Of a stretch of DNA of 64,000 nt, positions 10,026-19,747 are shown piece after piece. The first letter of the stretch is position 1; each line of letters begins with the position of its first letter. The position numbers were made by a program, and so were the translations under genes. This DNA comes from an uncultured virus (IMG/VR IMGVR_UViG_2875450446_000004) (taxonomy: Duplodnaviria; Heunggongvirae; Uroviricota; Caudoviricetes): the IMG/VR virus record IMGVR_UViG_2875450446_000004; one strand, 5' to 3'. Below the pieces are notes generated by a model, which was not told the DNA's origin, made no database searches, and worked only from the letters and a program-made list of their open reading frames with translations.

Positions 10026-13000
10026 TCACCTCGCATGTAGTTTTGAATCGTAATCTTTTGGCCTTGTTCAGCGCTTACTGCGCTTTCAGTCATCCGTCCT
10101 AACTCTTCGCTATCAACTACGAGAACATTTTCGACAATGATCGGTTGCTGTTGTTTCTGCGAATCTAAGCCGGCCGTCATAGACGCTTCAAAGGAGCGCC
10201 TGATACTACGTACTCCTCCCGTATTCAAAGCAACGGCAGGGTCGTACGAATACCCACTCATATCGACCATAGCTGCGTTTGCCATCTCGTCGGCTGCCGC
10301 TCTTACTGCGCCGATATTTCGTTCGATACCGACCGCAAGACCCATCGGCAGGAATTTACCGATTTCATCGCGGAATACACGTGACGGCGAGTGGATTCCA
10401 AGCAGCGACTTAAAGTTGCCCGTAAGGCTGTCTACGAATCCACCAACTTTTTGGCCGATCCAATCTTTCATGGAATTTATTCCGTCCCAAAGCCCCCGGA
10501 TCAAGTCGGCCCCCGCCTTGAATAGCTCCTCTTTATTATCCAAAATGGTCTGACCAAGCTTTACGACGAGTTCAAGGCCCATCTGTAATAGTTGAGGTAA
10601 GATTTGAATTATGCCATCAATTAAAGCCAAGAGGATCCTTACCCCTGCCTCGATAATCCTTGGCAAATTTTGAATCAGAGCCCCTGCAAGAGCAACGATC
10701 AATTTGAGAGCTGCTTCAATGAGGGTAGGCAACATCTTGATAATGCCGTCAATTAAGGCTAGTAAAAGTTTTATCCCCGCATCAATAATTTTCGGTAGAT
10801 TCTCTATCAATGCAGTAGCAACTGCGACGATTAAATAAATAGCCATCTCTATGAGTTTCGGAAGGATACTCACAATCCCATTAATCAAGCTAATTAGGAT
10901 CTGAATGCCGGCTTCGATAATCGTTGGTAGATTTTGTATTATGGTTTGGATTAGCATGGTGATTAATTGAATTGTTGCCTCCACCAACATCGGAAGCGCT
11001 TGGATCAGCCCACTTATCAATGAAGTTAAAATCTGGATCCCGGCCTCGATAATCATAGGTAACAATGTGACAACAGTATTGATTAATGTTGACAAAACTG
11101 TCGTAGCTGCTTCGATAATTGTCGGTAGCGCGCTGACTATCCCCTCGATCAAGGAAGTGAGGATCATCACTCCGGTTGCAAGGATTACCGGTATCATCGT
11201 AGTAATCGTCTGAATAATCGTATCAACGACCTGGGTCACTTTCTCAACAATATTCGGTAATGCTTGCGTAAATCCCTCAAGTAATTCGGTTATCATCTCA
11301 AGTCCAGCCTGTAAAATACGAGGCAGATTTGCCGTGACTCCGTTAACTAACGAATTGACAATCTCGGTTGCTTTTTCGAGGATCGTCGGCATGTTCTGCT
11401 CTATGCCTTGCGCAATTGCCGGTAAGAATTTCGAACCCGCAACGATCAGGCCGGGTATGCCCCCGACCAATATTCCGATAATATTCGGGATGAATTCCGC
11501 TATCCCTGAATAATCTCCATTAAATGCGTCTGTGATCGCCTTCTTTAAGTCATCAAAGCCGCTACGTATTGACGCGAGTCCCTTTACGATTACATTCGCG
11601 ACCGATTGTGGCAGCAAATTGTGAAGCGCGATTGATCCTTGCGTAAAGTCCCCAGTCAATGTTTCCGCTATGCCTTTAAATAGTGAAGATATCGTTTTAA
11701 GGACCGGAGTAACCTTCTGGCCGGCTATGGCAGTGAATTCCGACGCTTTCTTTTTAATAGTATCGAAGTGTTTGTACGTTAAATAAATCGCAGCTCCTAG
11801 CGCAGTCAGTCCGGCTATTACTGCGGCCGTTACCCCAGCTATCGGTAAAAGCGCAGGGGCTACCAGTGCACCAAACTCCGCTATCAGTCCGAAGCCCGTT
11901 ATAATGCCCGGCAGCATTCCGACTAAAATTAATAACGGCCCTGTCACAAGCGCGAGTACTGTTGCCATCGCTCCAAGAATAGCAATAGTGCTCTTAACCG
12001 GCTTTGGAAGCGAATTGAACTTATCCACTAAGAACTGGAGGCCCTTTGTAATCAGTTTTAGCGCAGGCAACAACGCAGTTCCGATTGCAATTGCCGCACC
12101 TTCTAGCGCAGATTTTAAAATGATCAACTGTCCTTTAAGGTTATCTAATTGCTTCTTCGCGATTTCCTCCGCAGTCCCGCCGCTGTTTTCAAGCTCTTTC
12201 GTAAATGCTTCGATCTTTCCTTGTCCGGCATCCATCAACGCTAACATAGCCGAGGATGCTTCGACTCCTGAAATCCTCGAAATTGCCGCAAGACGATCGG
12301 CCTCGCCCATGTCCTTCGTTGCCTCCGCCAGTTCTCCGATAATTTGCGCCAACGGCTTCATGTTGCCTTTCGCATCTTCTACCGTGACGCCTAGATCGTG
12401 TAGTTCTTCTCGTGCGGCTTTCGGAGGTCCAGCTAAACGCGTCAACATCCGACGGAGTGACGTACCAGCCTGTGTTCCCTGAATACCGGCATTTCCGAGC
12501 AATCCGGCCGCAGCCGCTACAGATTCCAACGACTGTCCAGACGCGTGTGCAATCGGAGCGACATATTTCATCGTATAGCCGAGCATCTCTAAGTCCGTAT
12601 TCGAGTTCGTAAATGCTTTCGTTAATACATCCGCAACTCGAGCCGTCTCCTCCGCCTGCAATCCGAATCCGGATAGGATATTCGATGTGATATCCGCTGT
12701 TGTGGCGAGATCTGTCTGACCCGCCGCGGCTGTCGCCAATAGCCCCGGCATGGCCGCGATAATATCGTTCGTCTTGTAGCCGGCCATAGCGAGAAACTGC
12801 ATACCTTCGGCAGCCTGAGTCGCTGTAAATGCGGTAGTCGCACCGAGGTGTTCCGCTGTTTGCGTCATAGATTCGAGTTGCTTTCCGGTTGCGCCACTTA
12901 GCGCTCCAACCCGACTCATTGCCGATTCAAAGTCCGCCGTCGTCTTGACGGCCATTCCTAGACCTAGCGCCATTGCCCCGCCAAAACCCGTAACGGCTGC

Positions 13001-13294
13001 ACCCGCCGCTTTTAACGCCCCGCTCGCTTTCTCCATCGAATTCATAACCGATTGTCCGGAACGGCTGGCCGTCTGTGCCGACCGACTTGTTCTCGTCAGT
13101 CCTTCCGAAGCAACTGCCGCCGCACCCGCAACTCCGGTCATTGACGAAGACATTCTCGTCGAGGACGTCGTCATCGCGTTAGACATAAGCGAAGTAGATG
13201 CACGGATTGACGCCATCGAAGTCCCGAGCCGCGACATCGTAGACGAAAACCGGTCAACCGCCGTAATAGTAAAGCGTATATTACGATCGCTCAC
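10022..13294 (-). CDS. Tape measure protein (TP901-family core)
   Basis: 1090 aa, Ala/Gly-rich, TAFTATQAAEGM core, LP..IIEAG repeats, LGIHSPSRVF C-terminal motif. Confidence 0.95.
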   Translation of the reverse strand: MSDRNIRFTITAVDRFSSTMSRLGTSMASIRASTSLMSNAMTTSSTRMSSSMTGVAGAAAVASEGLTRTSRSAQTASRSGQSVMNSMEKASGALKAAGAAVTGFGGAMALGLGMAVKTTADFESAMSRVGALSGATGKQLESMTQTAEHLGATTAFTATQAAEGMQFLAMAGYKTNDIIAAMPGLLATAAAGQTDLATTADITSNILSGFGLQAEETARVADVLTKAFTNSNTDLEMLGYTMKYVAPIAHASGQSLESVAAAAGLLGNAGIQGTQAGTSLRRMLTRLAGPPKAAREELHDLGVTVEDAKGNMKPLAQIIGELAEATKDMGEADRLAAISRISGVEASSAMLALMDAGQGKIEAFTKELENSGGTAEEIAKKQLDNLKGQLIILKSALEGAAIAIGTALLPALKLITKGLQFLVDKFNSLPKPVKSTIAILGAMATVLALVTGPLLILVGMLPGIITGFGLIAEFGALVAPALLPIAGVTAAVIAGLTALGAAIYLTYKHFDTIKKKASEFTAIAGQKVTPVLKTISSLFKGIAETLTGDFTQGSIALHNLLPQSVANVIVKGLASIRSGFDDLKKAITDAFNGDYSGIAEFIPNIIGILVGGIPGLIVAGSKFLPAIAQGIEQNMPTILEKATEIVNSLVNGVTANLPRILQAGLEMITELLEGFTQALPNIVEKVTQVVDTIIQTITTMIPVILATGVMILTSLIEGIVSALPTIIEAATTVLSTLINTVVTLLPMIIEAGIQILTSLISGLIQALPMLVEATIQLITMLIQTIIQNLPTIIEAGIQILISLINGIVSILPKLIEMAIYLIVAVATALIENLPKIIDAGIKLLLALIDGIIKMLPTLIEAALKLIVALAGALIQNLPRIIEAGVRILLALIDGIIQILPQLLQMGLELVVKLGQTILDNKEELFKAGADLIRGLWDGINSMKDWIGQKVGGFVDSLTGNFKSLLGIHSPSRVFRDEIGKFLPMGLAVGIERNIGAVRAAADEMANAAMVDMSGYSYDPAVALNTGGVRSIRRSFEASMTAGLDSQKQQQPIIVENVLVVDSEELGRMTESAVSAEQGQKITIQNYMRGD

Positions 13295-13689
13295 TCGTTA
13301 ACCTCCTTTCTGGCAATGTCGAATTGGCTAAGCCACTCCGCGGTATGCTTAGCCTGTTCCGCCATCTCTTCGACTGTTTTCTTTTTAGGCGAATCCGCCG
13401 AGGCACGCTTATACAAATCGGACGGCTTCGGCTTCTTCTCTCGGTGGGCTTTTTCGCGCATGATAGCCTCGATTGCTTTTCGTTCGAATTCGTCCTCATT
13501 GCGTTCGATTTGCGCCTGAATAAGTATGTGAAATTCCCGTGGTGTGAGGGCGTATACATCTTCTGGTTTCATCTGAAGGTAACGCCATCCGGAAAATACC
13601 GCTTGTTCTACTTCAGAAAGTTTTCCAGTTGTTCCAGTGCTTCCGGATTGTCTTTCATCAGTTTCTTGACGATCTTCTTGAAGAAAAAA
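13291..13689 (-). CDS. Tail assembly chaperone C-terminal extension, reached by -1 frameshift (fusion about 227 aa)
   Basis: Slippery T-TTT-TTC at 13689-13683; the -1 frame opens exactly there and runs into the MKPEDVY ORF, whose ATG has no RBS. Confidence 0.8.
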   Translation of the reverse strand, partial: FFLQEDRQETDERQSGSTGTTGKLSEVEQAVFSGWRYLQMKPEDVYALTPREFHILIQAQIERNEDEFERKAIEAIMREKAHREKKPKPSDLYKRASADSPKKKTVEEMAEQAKHTAEWLSQFDIARKEVNE

Positions 13690-13973
13690 CTATCGACTAC
13701 TACCTCTTTTGAAACCTTTAGGACGTACTCAAGATCGAGTTTCTCCTCTTCGATTGCTTTTCCGAGAATAGATTCAATCTCCGCAAAGGAGAAGTTTTTG
13801 CCTGCATGGAAAAGACCAGCGTGAATAACGTGCGAGAATACTTCAAGATCACCCGTCATTGCCTTACCGACTAGCTCAAGAGATCCGCCAGGACATACCT
13901 TGTTGAGATACTTAATGCTTTCAAACGTCAACTTTAGTTCGTACTCTTTGCCTTCGATTTCAAAATGCGCCAT
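13608..13973 (-). CDS. Tail assembly chaperone
   Basis: FEIEGKEYELKLTF start; between tail tube and tape measure genes. Confidence 0.85.
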   Translation of the reverse strand: MAHFEIEGKEYELKLTFESIKYLNKVCPGGSLELVGKAMTGDLEVFSHVIHAGLFHAGKNFSFAEIESILGKAIEEEKLDLEYVLKVSKEVVVDSFFFKKIVKKLMKDNPEALEQLENFLK

Positions 13974-13989
13974 ATTAAAATCCCCCTAT

Positions 13990-14016
13990 AAAAAAGAGCG
14001 CCCGCAAAGGACGCTC
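13990..14016 (-). terminator. Intrinsic terminator after the extended tail tube gene
   Basis: GAGCGTCC-TTTGC-GGGCGCTC followed by TTTTTT. Confidence 0.7.
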
Positions 14017-14035
14017 CGAATATTTTAATCTTGAT

Positions 14036-14302
14036 TTATGATCCGCTTGTGTCTGGTTCTGTGTATGTTTCGATCTGACTCATTGGAGATTCTCCCGCCT
14101 CGTTCACAGCCGTTACATTCACTGTGAGCTTAGTATTAGGGGAGATTCCTGTAAGCGTACAAGAAGTGTCAGTAACTTCTTTATAGAAAACTTTCTCCGC
14201 TCCTCTATATACCTTGTATGAAGACGCCCCAACTACAGCACCCCATGTGACGGTGACAGAATCAGTAGTAGCTGTGTACTGTAGATTCTGGGGCGTCTCA
14301 GG
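14036..14302 (-). CDS. Fibronectin type III extension of the major tail protein, reached by +1 frameshift
   Basis: CCC-TGA at end of tube gene; +1 frame gives PETPQNLQYTATTDSVTVTW...YKVY...LTGISPNT...VTAVNEAGES, 88 codons with no start of its own. Confidence 0.85.
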   Translation of the reverse strand, partial: PETPQNLQYTATTDSVTVTWGAVVGASSYKVYRGAEKVFYKEVTDTSCTLTGISPNTKLTVNVTAVNEAGESPMSQIETYTEPDTSGS

Positions 14303-14744
14303 GAGTAGCTGGCTCTTCTGAGTTAGGCGCTCCGTCTGGAACTTCGGTTAGCGTTTCCTTCGTCAGTTTTCCGTTTAGATTTGCTCCGAGTGAGTAAGTG
14401 GCGAAGTCACCGTTTGAGTAAGTTTTCTCGAAAGAAGAAAGCATGTAGTTACCTTTCTTCGCAGCCTTAGTCCGAGTGTTAATTTCGTAAATTTCAACGA
14501 ATTCTTTATTCCACATCGCCTCTTCGACTTCATCTACGAAGACGTCTCCTTCTGTAATAACACCCTCAAGTGAAAGCTCTTGTGTGACTTTACCGTAATC
14601 AGATCCGGTCTTGTCTTTTGTATCCAGATCGATTGTATCCGCTGAAATACTTGTTGATCCATCCGTTTGGTTAAACGGCCTGAGCAAGCCGCTTTTCGTT
14701 ACTACTGCGTAGATAAATTCCTCACCGCGGTACTCGATTCCCAT
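14298..14744 (-). CDS. Major tail (tube) protein
   Basis: RPFNQTDGSTSISADTIDLDTKD resembles SPP1 gp17.1-type tube proteins; synteny. Confidence 0.85.
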   Translation of the reverse strand: MGIEYRGEEFIYAVVTKSGLLRPFNQTDGSTSISADTIDLDTKDKTGSDYGKVTQELSLEGVITEGDVFVDEVEEAMWNKEFVEIYEINTRTKAAKKGNYMLSSFEKTYSNGDFATYSLGANLNGKLTKETLTEVPDGAPNSEEPATP

Positions 14745-15182
14745 TTATTTTCCCCCTTGTTTTCCGTAAGTCATGTTTACCTCAACGTCAAAATAAAGCC
14801 TGTGGTACGTTGTTTTATCGCTTAAATCCTCCGCAGACATAGGCGTCTCATCGGTTACGAGCGCATCAAAAAAACCGAGCGATTTGCCCGGCTCTTCTGC
14901 ACTGAGTAATTCAATTTGATCAAACATAAAAATCCGCTTTACTTTCTCCTGCAAAACGCCTCTCTCGAAGCTTGAACTCGCAAACACACCCACTTGAAAT
15001 CGATAAATTGTCTGAACCGCTTCTCGCCGTTTGGAGATGACCGATATGCTATTCGGTAGCTGTTCGATTGTAAGGAACGGCTTTTCATCCGGATACTTAA
15101 CCCCGTCGAACATCCAGACGACAGAAAGCCCGGTCTTTTCCGCAAGATGGGTACGTATTGAATGCTGTATATCTACTTGCAT
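14745..15182 (-). CDS. Putative tail terminator / completion protein
   Basis: Size and position upstream of tail tube gene. Confidence 0.6.
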   Translation of the reverse strand: MQVDIQHSIRTHLAEKTGLSVVWMFDGVKYPDEKPFLTIEQLPNSISVISKRREAVQTIYRFQVGVFASSSFERGVLQEKVKRIFMFDQIELLSAEEPGKSLGFFDALVTDETPMSAEDLSDKTTYHRLYFDVEVNMTYGKQGGK

Positions 15183-15186
15183 ACGA

Positions 15187-15537
15187 TCACCGTCCCAACT
15201 GCTTTATCGATTCGTCGATGTCTTTTTCGAGATTCTTTTCGTTACTCCAAAGCGCGTTGCGAAGGAAAGCCTTTTTCGTAGCGTGTTCGAACTCCTGCCG
15301 ACGAGCATATTCGACATCGGACCCGAAGCTCCACGACATGTCGCCTTCTCTACGTGGAGATGCCACAATTGAGTTTGCAAGTCTCCCCGTTTTCTTCGGC
15401 GCATTATTTGCCCCGTCGTTCGCCATTTGACGCACGTTTCGCTCGACATCGTTTTCCAATGCCCGCTTTAAAACGGCCGTAGATGCGGAAAGTTTAGCGA
15501 GATCGGTAAGTCCGCTCACCCTTACGTAAAATCCCAT
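15187..15537 (-). CDS. HK97 gp10-like neck protein
   Basis: APKKTGRLANSI and VEYARRQEF motifs; ATG at 15537. Confidence 0.8.
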   Translation of the reverse strand: MGFYVRVSGLTDLAKLSASTAVLKRALENDVERNVRQMANDGANNAPKKTGRLANSIVASPRREGDMSWSFGSDVEYARRQEFEHATKKAFLRNALWSNEKNLEKDIDESIKQLGR

Positions 15538-15920
15538 TACGTCACCTTCCTCGCGAGACATTCGGACCGGTTCAGCAATCCGAGTCCCTTCTCATCGGTT
15601 GTTAGAATTTCATAAATGTTACCTTCCGTTTTGTATGCCTGTTTAACATCGGTTAAGTCGACGTCAATAGAGAACGTAATCTTAACGTCTCCTTTTTGCA
15701 GTTCAACGCCTCCTATGACCGATCTGTCCGTATTTGATACCGTGGAGTAATCTTTCCAGATCGCTTCGACTTCAATTGGTACCTGTTTTTCGATCGGTTC
15801 GCCGGTGATCGGATCTTTTCCGTCACGCACCGTTTTAAGCAGCGTTATTTTATCGGTACGACCCTCGACGATTTCCTTTCGATTGCCCTTGATCCATCGG
15901 CGATCAGATTCACTCAACAT
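15537..15920 (-). CDS. Putative head-closure protein
   Basis: DPITGEP motif, size and synteny. Confidence 0.55.
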   Translation of the reverse strand: MLSESDRRWIKGNRKEIVEGRTDKITLLKTVRDGKDPITGEPIEKQVPIEVEAIWKDYSTVSNTDRSVIGGVELQKGDVKITFSIDVDLTDVKQAYKTEGNIYEILTTDEKGLGLLNRSECLARKVT

Positions 15921-16734
15921 CGTCTCTCACCGCCTTTTCCGTTAGAACATAGTTTAAATGCGATGTGCAATTCGGATGGGGATTGAATACTTCCGGATCT
16001 GATAGTTTATAGATTCCGGGACCCATTCCGTAACGGTTTAGCTTTTCAAGCTGCGTACATCTATGCTCTGGACGGTTAGCCTTACCGCGAAATATTTGAA
16101 CGGCTTCGACCAAGTTGCTTTGCCGGGCGCTATAGACGGTCGCAGTCCGGTAGGCCATGTTCCCTTCCGTCACAACTAGCCGCTTAATTTTCCACGTATC
16201 ATTTTCGTATACCTGACGAACATCTGCGATCATCTGATTAACGGATTCGCCACGCAGTATTGCAGAGCGAAGGACTGTCGATAATTCATCCCGTTGATCT
16301 CCCGCAAATCGCCATACTCGGTCCGACAGAATGAGTCCGTCTTTTTCTTCGCGATTAACAACGTATCGAAAAACGTTTTGGTTTACGCGATCAAAAGCGA
16401 TTCCTGCGACGGCCGCCCTCCCCAACGTCTCCTCCATTGCGGACTTGATTCTTTCCGTGGTAAATTCCGTCGCATCCGTGATCGTCTTGTCTAGCGCATC
16501 CATTCCGTTTTTACGGACGGCTTTTTCAATCGTGTCTAGCTCGCGGAGCAACCGGTTTAAACGCTGCTTCTTAATAATTCCGTCGTTGCCGCTGAAGTCC
16601 GCAAGTAGATCCGATATTTCAAGACGAACACGGTCGATTTCTTTGATAGCGAGCTGCTGCTGCTTTGCGTTGAATTTTAAATACTCATTCGCCAGTTCAT
16701 CTAGCAAACGATTCAGTCTCTCCTGGTTCGTCAT
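15910..16734 (-). CDS. Minor head protein (MuF / SPP1 gp7-like)
   Basis: LSDRVW, RLVVTEGNMA and PHPNCTS motifs. Confidence 0.8.
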   Translation of the reverse strand: MTNQERLNRLLDELANEYLKFNAKQQQLAIKEIDRVRLEISDLLADFSGNDGIIKKQRLNRLLRELDTIEKAVRKNGMDALDKTITDATEFTTERIKSAMEETLGRAAVAGIAFDRVNQNVFRYVVNREEKDGLILSDRVWRFAGDQRDELSTVLRSAILRGESVNQMIADVRQVYENDTWKIKRLVVTEGNMAYRTATVYSARQSNLVEAVQIFRGKANRPEHRCTQLEKLNRYGMGPGIYKLSDPEVFNPHPNCTSHLNYVLTEKAVRDDVE

Positions 16735-17075
16735 CGTAAGTCAGCCCGCCCTGCGTGCGACTGTCCGGCGCCTCTCCTTCCCCGCAACGTTTTGCGGTAG
16801 TTCCTGCGCGCATTCAATGCCAGCCGCATGTAATTGTTGTACAGGCGAGACTTGTCGACCATCTCATCGCCGTCTTTGTATACGAAATATTGGGCGGCCC
16901 TTGTTGCGAGTGTCTCGTATGCGACCGCTAACGCCATATAAAGAAGAGCCGTATCGTCTTCCCCTTCTTTCAGACCGCTTTCGTCCTCTGCTTCGGCAGT
17001 CCATGAGGCGATATCGTCCGCTGTGACGCCGTCAACCCCTTCTAAACGCGTTCGTAGTCGATCCTCTACCGCCAC
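16731..17075 (-). CDS. Putative head-tail connector
   Basis: Size and position after capsid genes; GTG start after GGGGGTG. Confidence 0.55.
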   Translation of the reverse strand: MAVEDRLRTRLEGVDGVTADDIASWTAEAEDESGLKEGEDDTALLYMALAVAYETLATRAAQYFVYKDGDEMVDKSRLYNNYMRLALNARRNYRKTLRGRRGAGQSHAGRADLR

Positions 17076-17089
17076 ATGACACACCCCCG

Positions 17090-17281
17090 TTATTTTTTCG
17101 GCTTTGCTGCTGCTTTCGGCTTTGCTGCCGGCTTATCCACGCGTTGAATGAACGGCGCTGTCTTATCGAGTGCGGCGATTTCCTTTTCAACGTTCGTGTT
17201 ATAAACGCCGTATCCGTTAAAAACGATATATAGTCCGTCTCTGTTAAATTCGTAGTTTGGAAGCGTCTTATATTCCGCCAT
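17090..17281 (-). CDS. Small capsid-associated protein
   Basis: 63 aa with K/A/P-rich tail, coupled to upstream gene. Confidence 0.5.
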   Translation of the reverse strand: MAEYKTLPNYEFNRDGLYIVFNGYGVYNTNVEKEIAALDKTAPFIQRVDKPAAKPKAAAKPKK

Positions 17282-17697
17282 CAGGACATCAGCCCCGCTG
17301 TTTTGAGTTTCGCAAGTAATGCGTTAAGATCTGCCTTCAAACCGTCGACGTCTGTTGCGGTGCTGTTCGCTTGCGTAGCCGCTTTTGTTGCGGTTAATTT
17401 CCCGTCCAAGGCAGATTTAACATCGTCGCCTAGTTTCGTCATGGTCACCGCTTTGGCGCCGAGGTTGCTCTCTTGTACGCTGCCCGTTCCGATGTTCCGG
17501 TTTTGCACGGATCCGTCACCGATATTGCGATTCAGAACCGAATTGTCCGCGAGTTTTTCATTCGTAATTGATTTGTCGGGAATCTCTACGCTGCCTTCGG
17601 ATTGTAGTAGGCTTTGGATGATTTCTCCGAGTTTTAGGTCGTTCGCGGCCGGCGAGATCATGTTCAATCGTTGTACATCTTCTTTACTTAAAGCCAT
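17281..17697 (-). CDS. Head fibre / decoration protein
   Basis: SV..NRNIG decapeptide repeats; DLNALLAKLKTAGLM C-terminus. Confidence 0.65.
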   Translation of the reverse strand: MALSKEDVQRLNMISPAANDLKLGEIIQSLLQSEGSVEIPDKSITNEKLADNSVLNRNIGDGSVQNRNIGTGSVQESNLGAKAVTMTKLGDDVKSALDGKLTATKAATQANSTATDVDGLKADLNALLAKLKTAGLMS

Positions 17698-17717
17698 TTA
17701 CGGCCTCACCCCTTTCA

Positions 17718-17744
17718 AAATAAAAAGAGGCCCCGAAAGGCCTC
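17718..17744 (-). terminator. Intrinsic terminator after the major capsid gene
   Basis: GAGGCCT-TTCG-GGGCCTC followed by TTTTTATTTT. Confidence 0.8.
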
Positions 17745-17749
17745 ATTAA

Positions 17750-18874
17750 TTAGGAAACTGTTTTAGAGATTCCAGAAAGAATTGCGACTGATTCTTTTGC
17801 GTTTTTGATTTCGAAACCAAGTTCTCCACGGATTACGCGCGCGAAATAGTCAGCTCCAGGTTCTGTAGCATCTTGATCGTAAATTGTGTCAATATAGCGA
17901 GCTTTGATGTTGTCAAGATTAAGTAATACTGCTCGATCTTTCGGCATGTTTTGATCGACAACAACTTGAGAAACTGCGCCACCAGGAAGATCACTCATAA
18001 AGGACATGATCTGATAACCGACTTGACCTTCTCCGCGAGTCGTACGAATTGTGTCTCCAGCAAGTTTAGTGATTTGACGAGAGACGTTCGGGGCACAAAG
18101 GATTGTGTTTACACGACCTCCTCGTTTGAACGTTTCTTCGATAGCATCATTCAAACCTTTAGCAGTAATTTCTTTACCACCGAAGTCTGTTGTTGCGGAA
18201 CCTTGTTCTTGAGCAAAAGCGAATAATCCGCCTGAAGTACGAGGCTGAAGATCAGATCCTTGATATTTCCGACCGTAAATAAGTGAGTTATTGATTTCAC
18301 GAACCATCTCTTGCAGACGTAAGTTAACTTGGTAATTTAGCTCATCAGAAACTCCATAGGTATTTACTCGTTGTTGTGTACGAGAAACAGAAGCATAACG
18401 CGTGAAAATTTGAGAGTAGTTGAACGATACAATACGGTCATTGATTTCGTTCTTTCTAAGCACCGACTCACCTTCCGGACGTGGACGAGAAATAACTTTC
18501 AGATCGGCGCCTGCTTCGATAGCTTCCGGAGTGGTTGCGTCATACCCACGTTGAACTGTAATTTTCTCGGCTGCCTCATCAACTTTAGTTACGCGGATTA
18601 CTTCTAGCCCGTTTTGAACGAGTGCATTTTCGGTAAATTTGCGCGCCTCTCCTTCGCCTAATTCGATCTCCGTTGCGTCCGCTGCGGCAGCAGTTTTTAC
18701 AACGGCCGTATCGCTGTTGAGGTAATCGTTCTGCCATTCGAATTTAGTTTGCGATAGAGCATCTCCCGTTCCGATCAGGCCGAAAAGAACCGGTGCCTTT
18801 GTAAGAATTAAATCTACGTTCGCCTGCATGTCGCGAACTTGTTGCTGGAAATCATACGATTGTGCAACTGCCAT
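17750..18874 (-). CDS. Major capsid protein
   Basis: 374 aa after scaffold; KFEWQND, NYSQIF..ASVSRT, RTSGGL motifs. Confidence 0.85.
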   Translation of the reverse strand: MAVAQSYDFQQQVRDMQANVDLILTKAPVLFGLIGTGDALSQTKFEWQNDYLNSDTAVVKTAAAADATEIELGEGEARKFTENALVQNGLEVIRVTKVDEAAEKITVQRGYDATTPEAIEAGADLKVISRPRPEGESVLRKNEINDRIVSFNYSQIFTRYASVSRTQQRVNTYGVSDELNYQVNLRLQEMVREINNSLIYGRKYQGSDLQPRTSGGLFAFAQEQGSATTDFGGKEITAKGLNDAIEETFKRGGRVNTILCAPNVSRQITKLAGDTIRTTRGEGQVGYQIMSFMSDLPGGAVSQVVVDQNMPKDRAVLLNLDNIKARYIDTIYDQDATEPGADYFARVIRGELGFEIKNAKESVAILSGISKTVS

Positions 18875-18932
18875 GTGTAAATCCCCCTAATAATTTTTTT
18901 GTAATTAAAAAAGCCGCCCTAAGGCGACTGAA

Positions 18933-19658
18933 TTACCGTTTGTTTTTTAACTCCCGAAGTTCGTTGTACAGCTTCGTTACTTTTCCGAGATATCGCGGAT
19001 TCTTTAGCGCTAATTTTTTCGTCTCTTCTAGCTCGTTCTCTTTTGCGACAATCTCCGTTTGGGTGTTGCTCTTGGCCGGGTTGCTTCCGCCAGATGCGTC
19101 GGCTCCGATCGGTTGTTTAAACATCCACGGGCTTGATTCCTTAAACGCTGCGACCACTTCTTCGGCTCCTTTTACGTTTCCATCTTCGTCAATTTCGACC
19201 GCAGACTTATCGAGTAGCGCGAGCACTTGGTTCGGATCATTTGCGTTAAGAGATCGAGCGATTGCGCGAAGCTCCGTATTGATAATGCGCTGATTTGCTG
19301 ATTCCTGCGCTTTCTTAGCTGCCTCCGCTGCTTCTTCCGCCCTCTTGGCCGCTTCTTCTTTCTCGTCCCGTAGACGTTCAGCTTCGGACATCTCGGCTTT
19401 TTTGCGTTCTTCTTCCGCCTTTTCTAACTCTTCGAGGCGTTTCGCTTTTTCTTCGAGTTCCGCCTGCTTCTTTTTCTCGCGATCAAGACGTTTATTAAGA
19501 ATTTCGTCAAGCTCCGCCTGTGTGAACGTCTTTTCCGTCCTCTGCGATTGCTCAGTCGGTGTTGGTTCCGGCTCCCCAGCCGTAGGTTGAGCGTTAGTAT
19601 CTTCCGGTTCAGGTTGTTCCGCGAAAAATTGTAGATTTAAAGGCAAAAATTTCGTCAT
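18933..19658 (-). CDS. Capsid scaffolding protein
   Basis: LPLNLQFFAE N-terminus (Prp-type cleavage motif), KTFTQAELDEI, coiled coil. Confidence 0.9.
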   Translation of the reverse strand: MTKFLPLNLQFFAEQPEPEDTNAQPTAGEPEPTPTEQSQRTEKTFTQAELDEILNKRLDREKKKQAELEEKAKRLEELEKAEEERKKAEMSEAERLRDEKEEAAKRAEEAAEAAKKAQESANQRIINTELRAIARSLNANDPNQVLALLDKSAVEIDEDGNVKGAEEVVAAFKESSPWMFKQPIGADASGGSNPAKSNTQTEIVAKENELEETKKLALKNPRYLGKVTKLYNELRELKNKR

Positions 19659-19747
19659 ATCGTACCTCACCGTTTAAAGCCCGTCGGCTGTAGATTACGA
19701 ATAACAACAACCGGCAGTTTATCGACAATACCGTAGGTCAAGCGTTG

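Noticed and set aside
10550..11500. Periodic repeats as a possible array
   Set aside because: Amino-acid-level tape-measure repeats; DNA is degenerate and has no repeat-spacer structure
10137..13301. Long plus-strand ORFs opposite the tape measure gene (and similar shadows across the window)
   Set aside because: Antisense to well-supported genes, no evident RBS, no recognisable motifs
13620..13626. GGAAAAC as the chaperone slippery site
   Set aside because: Does not fit X-XXY-YYZ; TTTTTTC at 13683-13689 fits and marks the start of the open -1 frame
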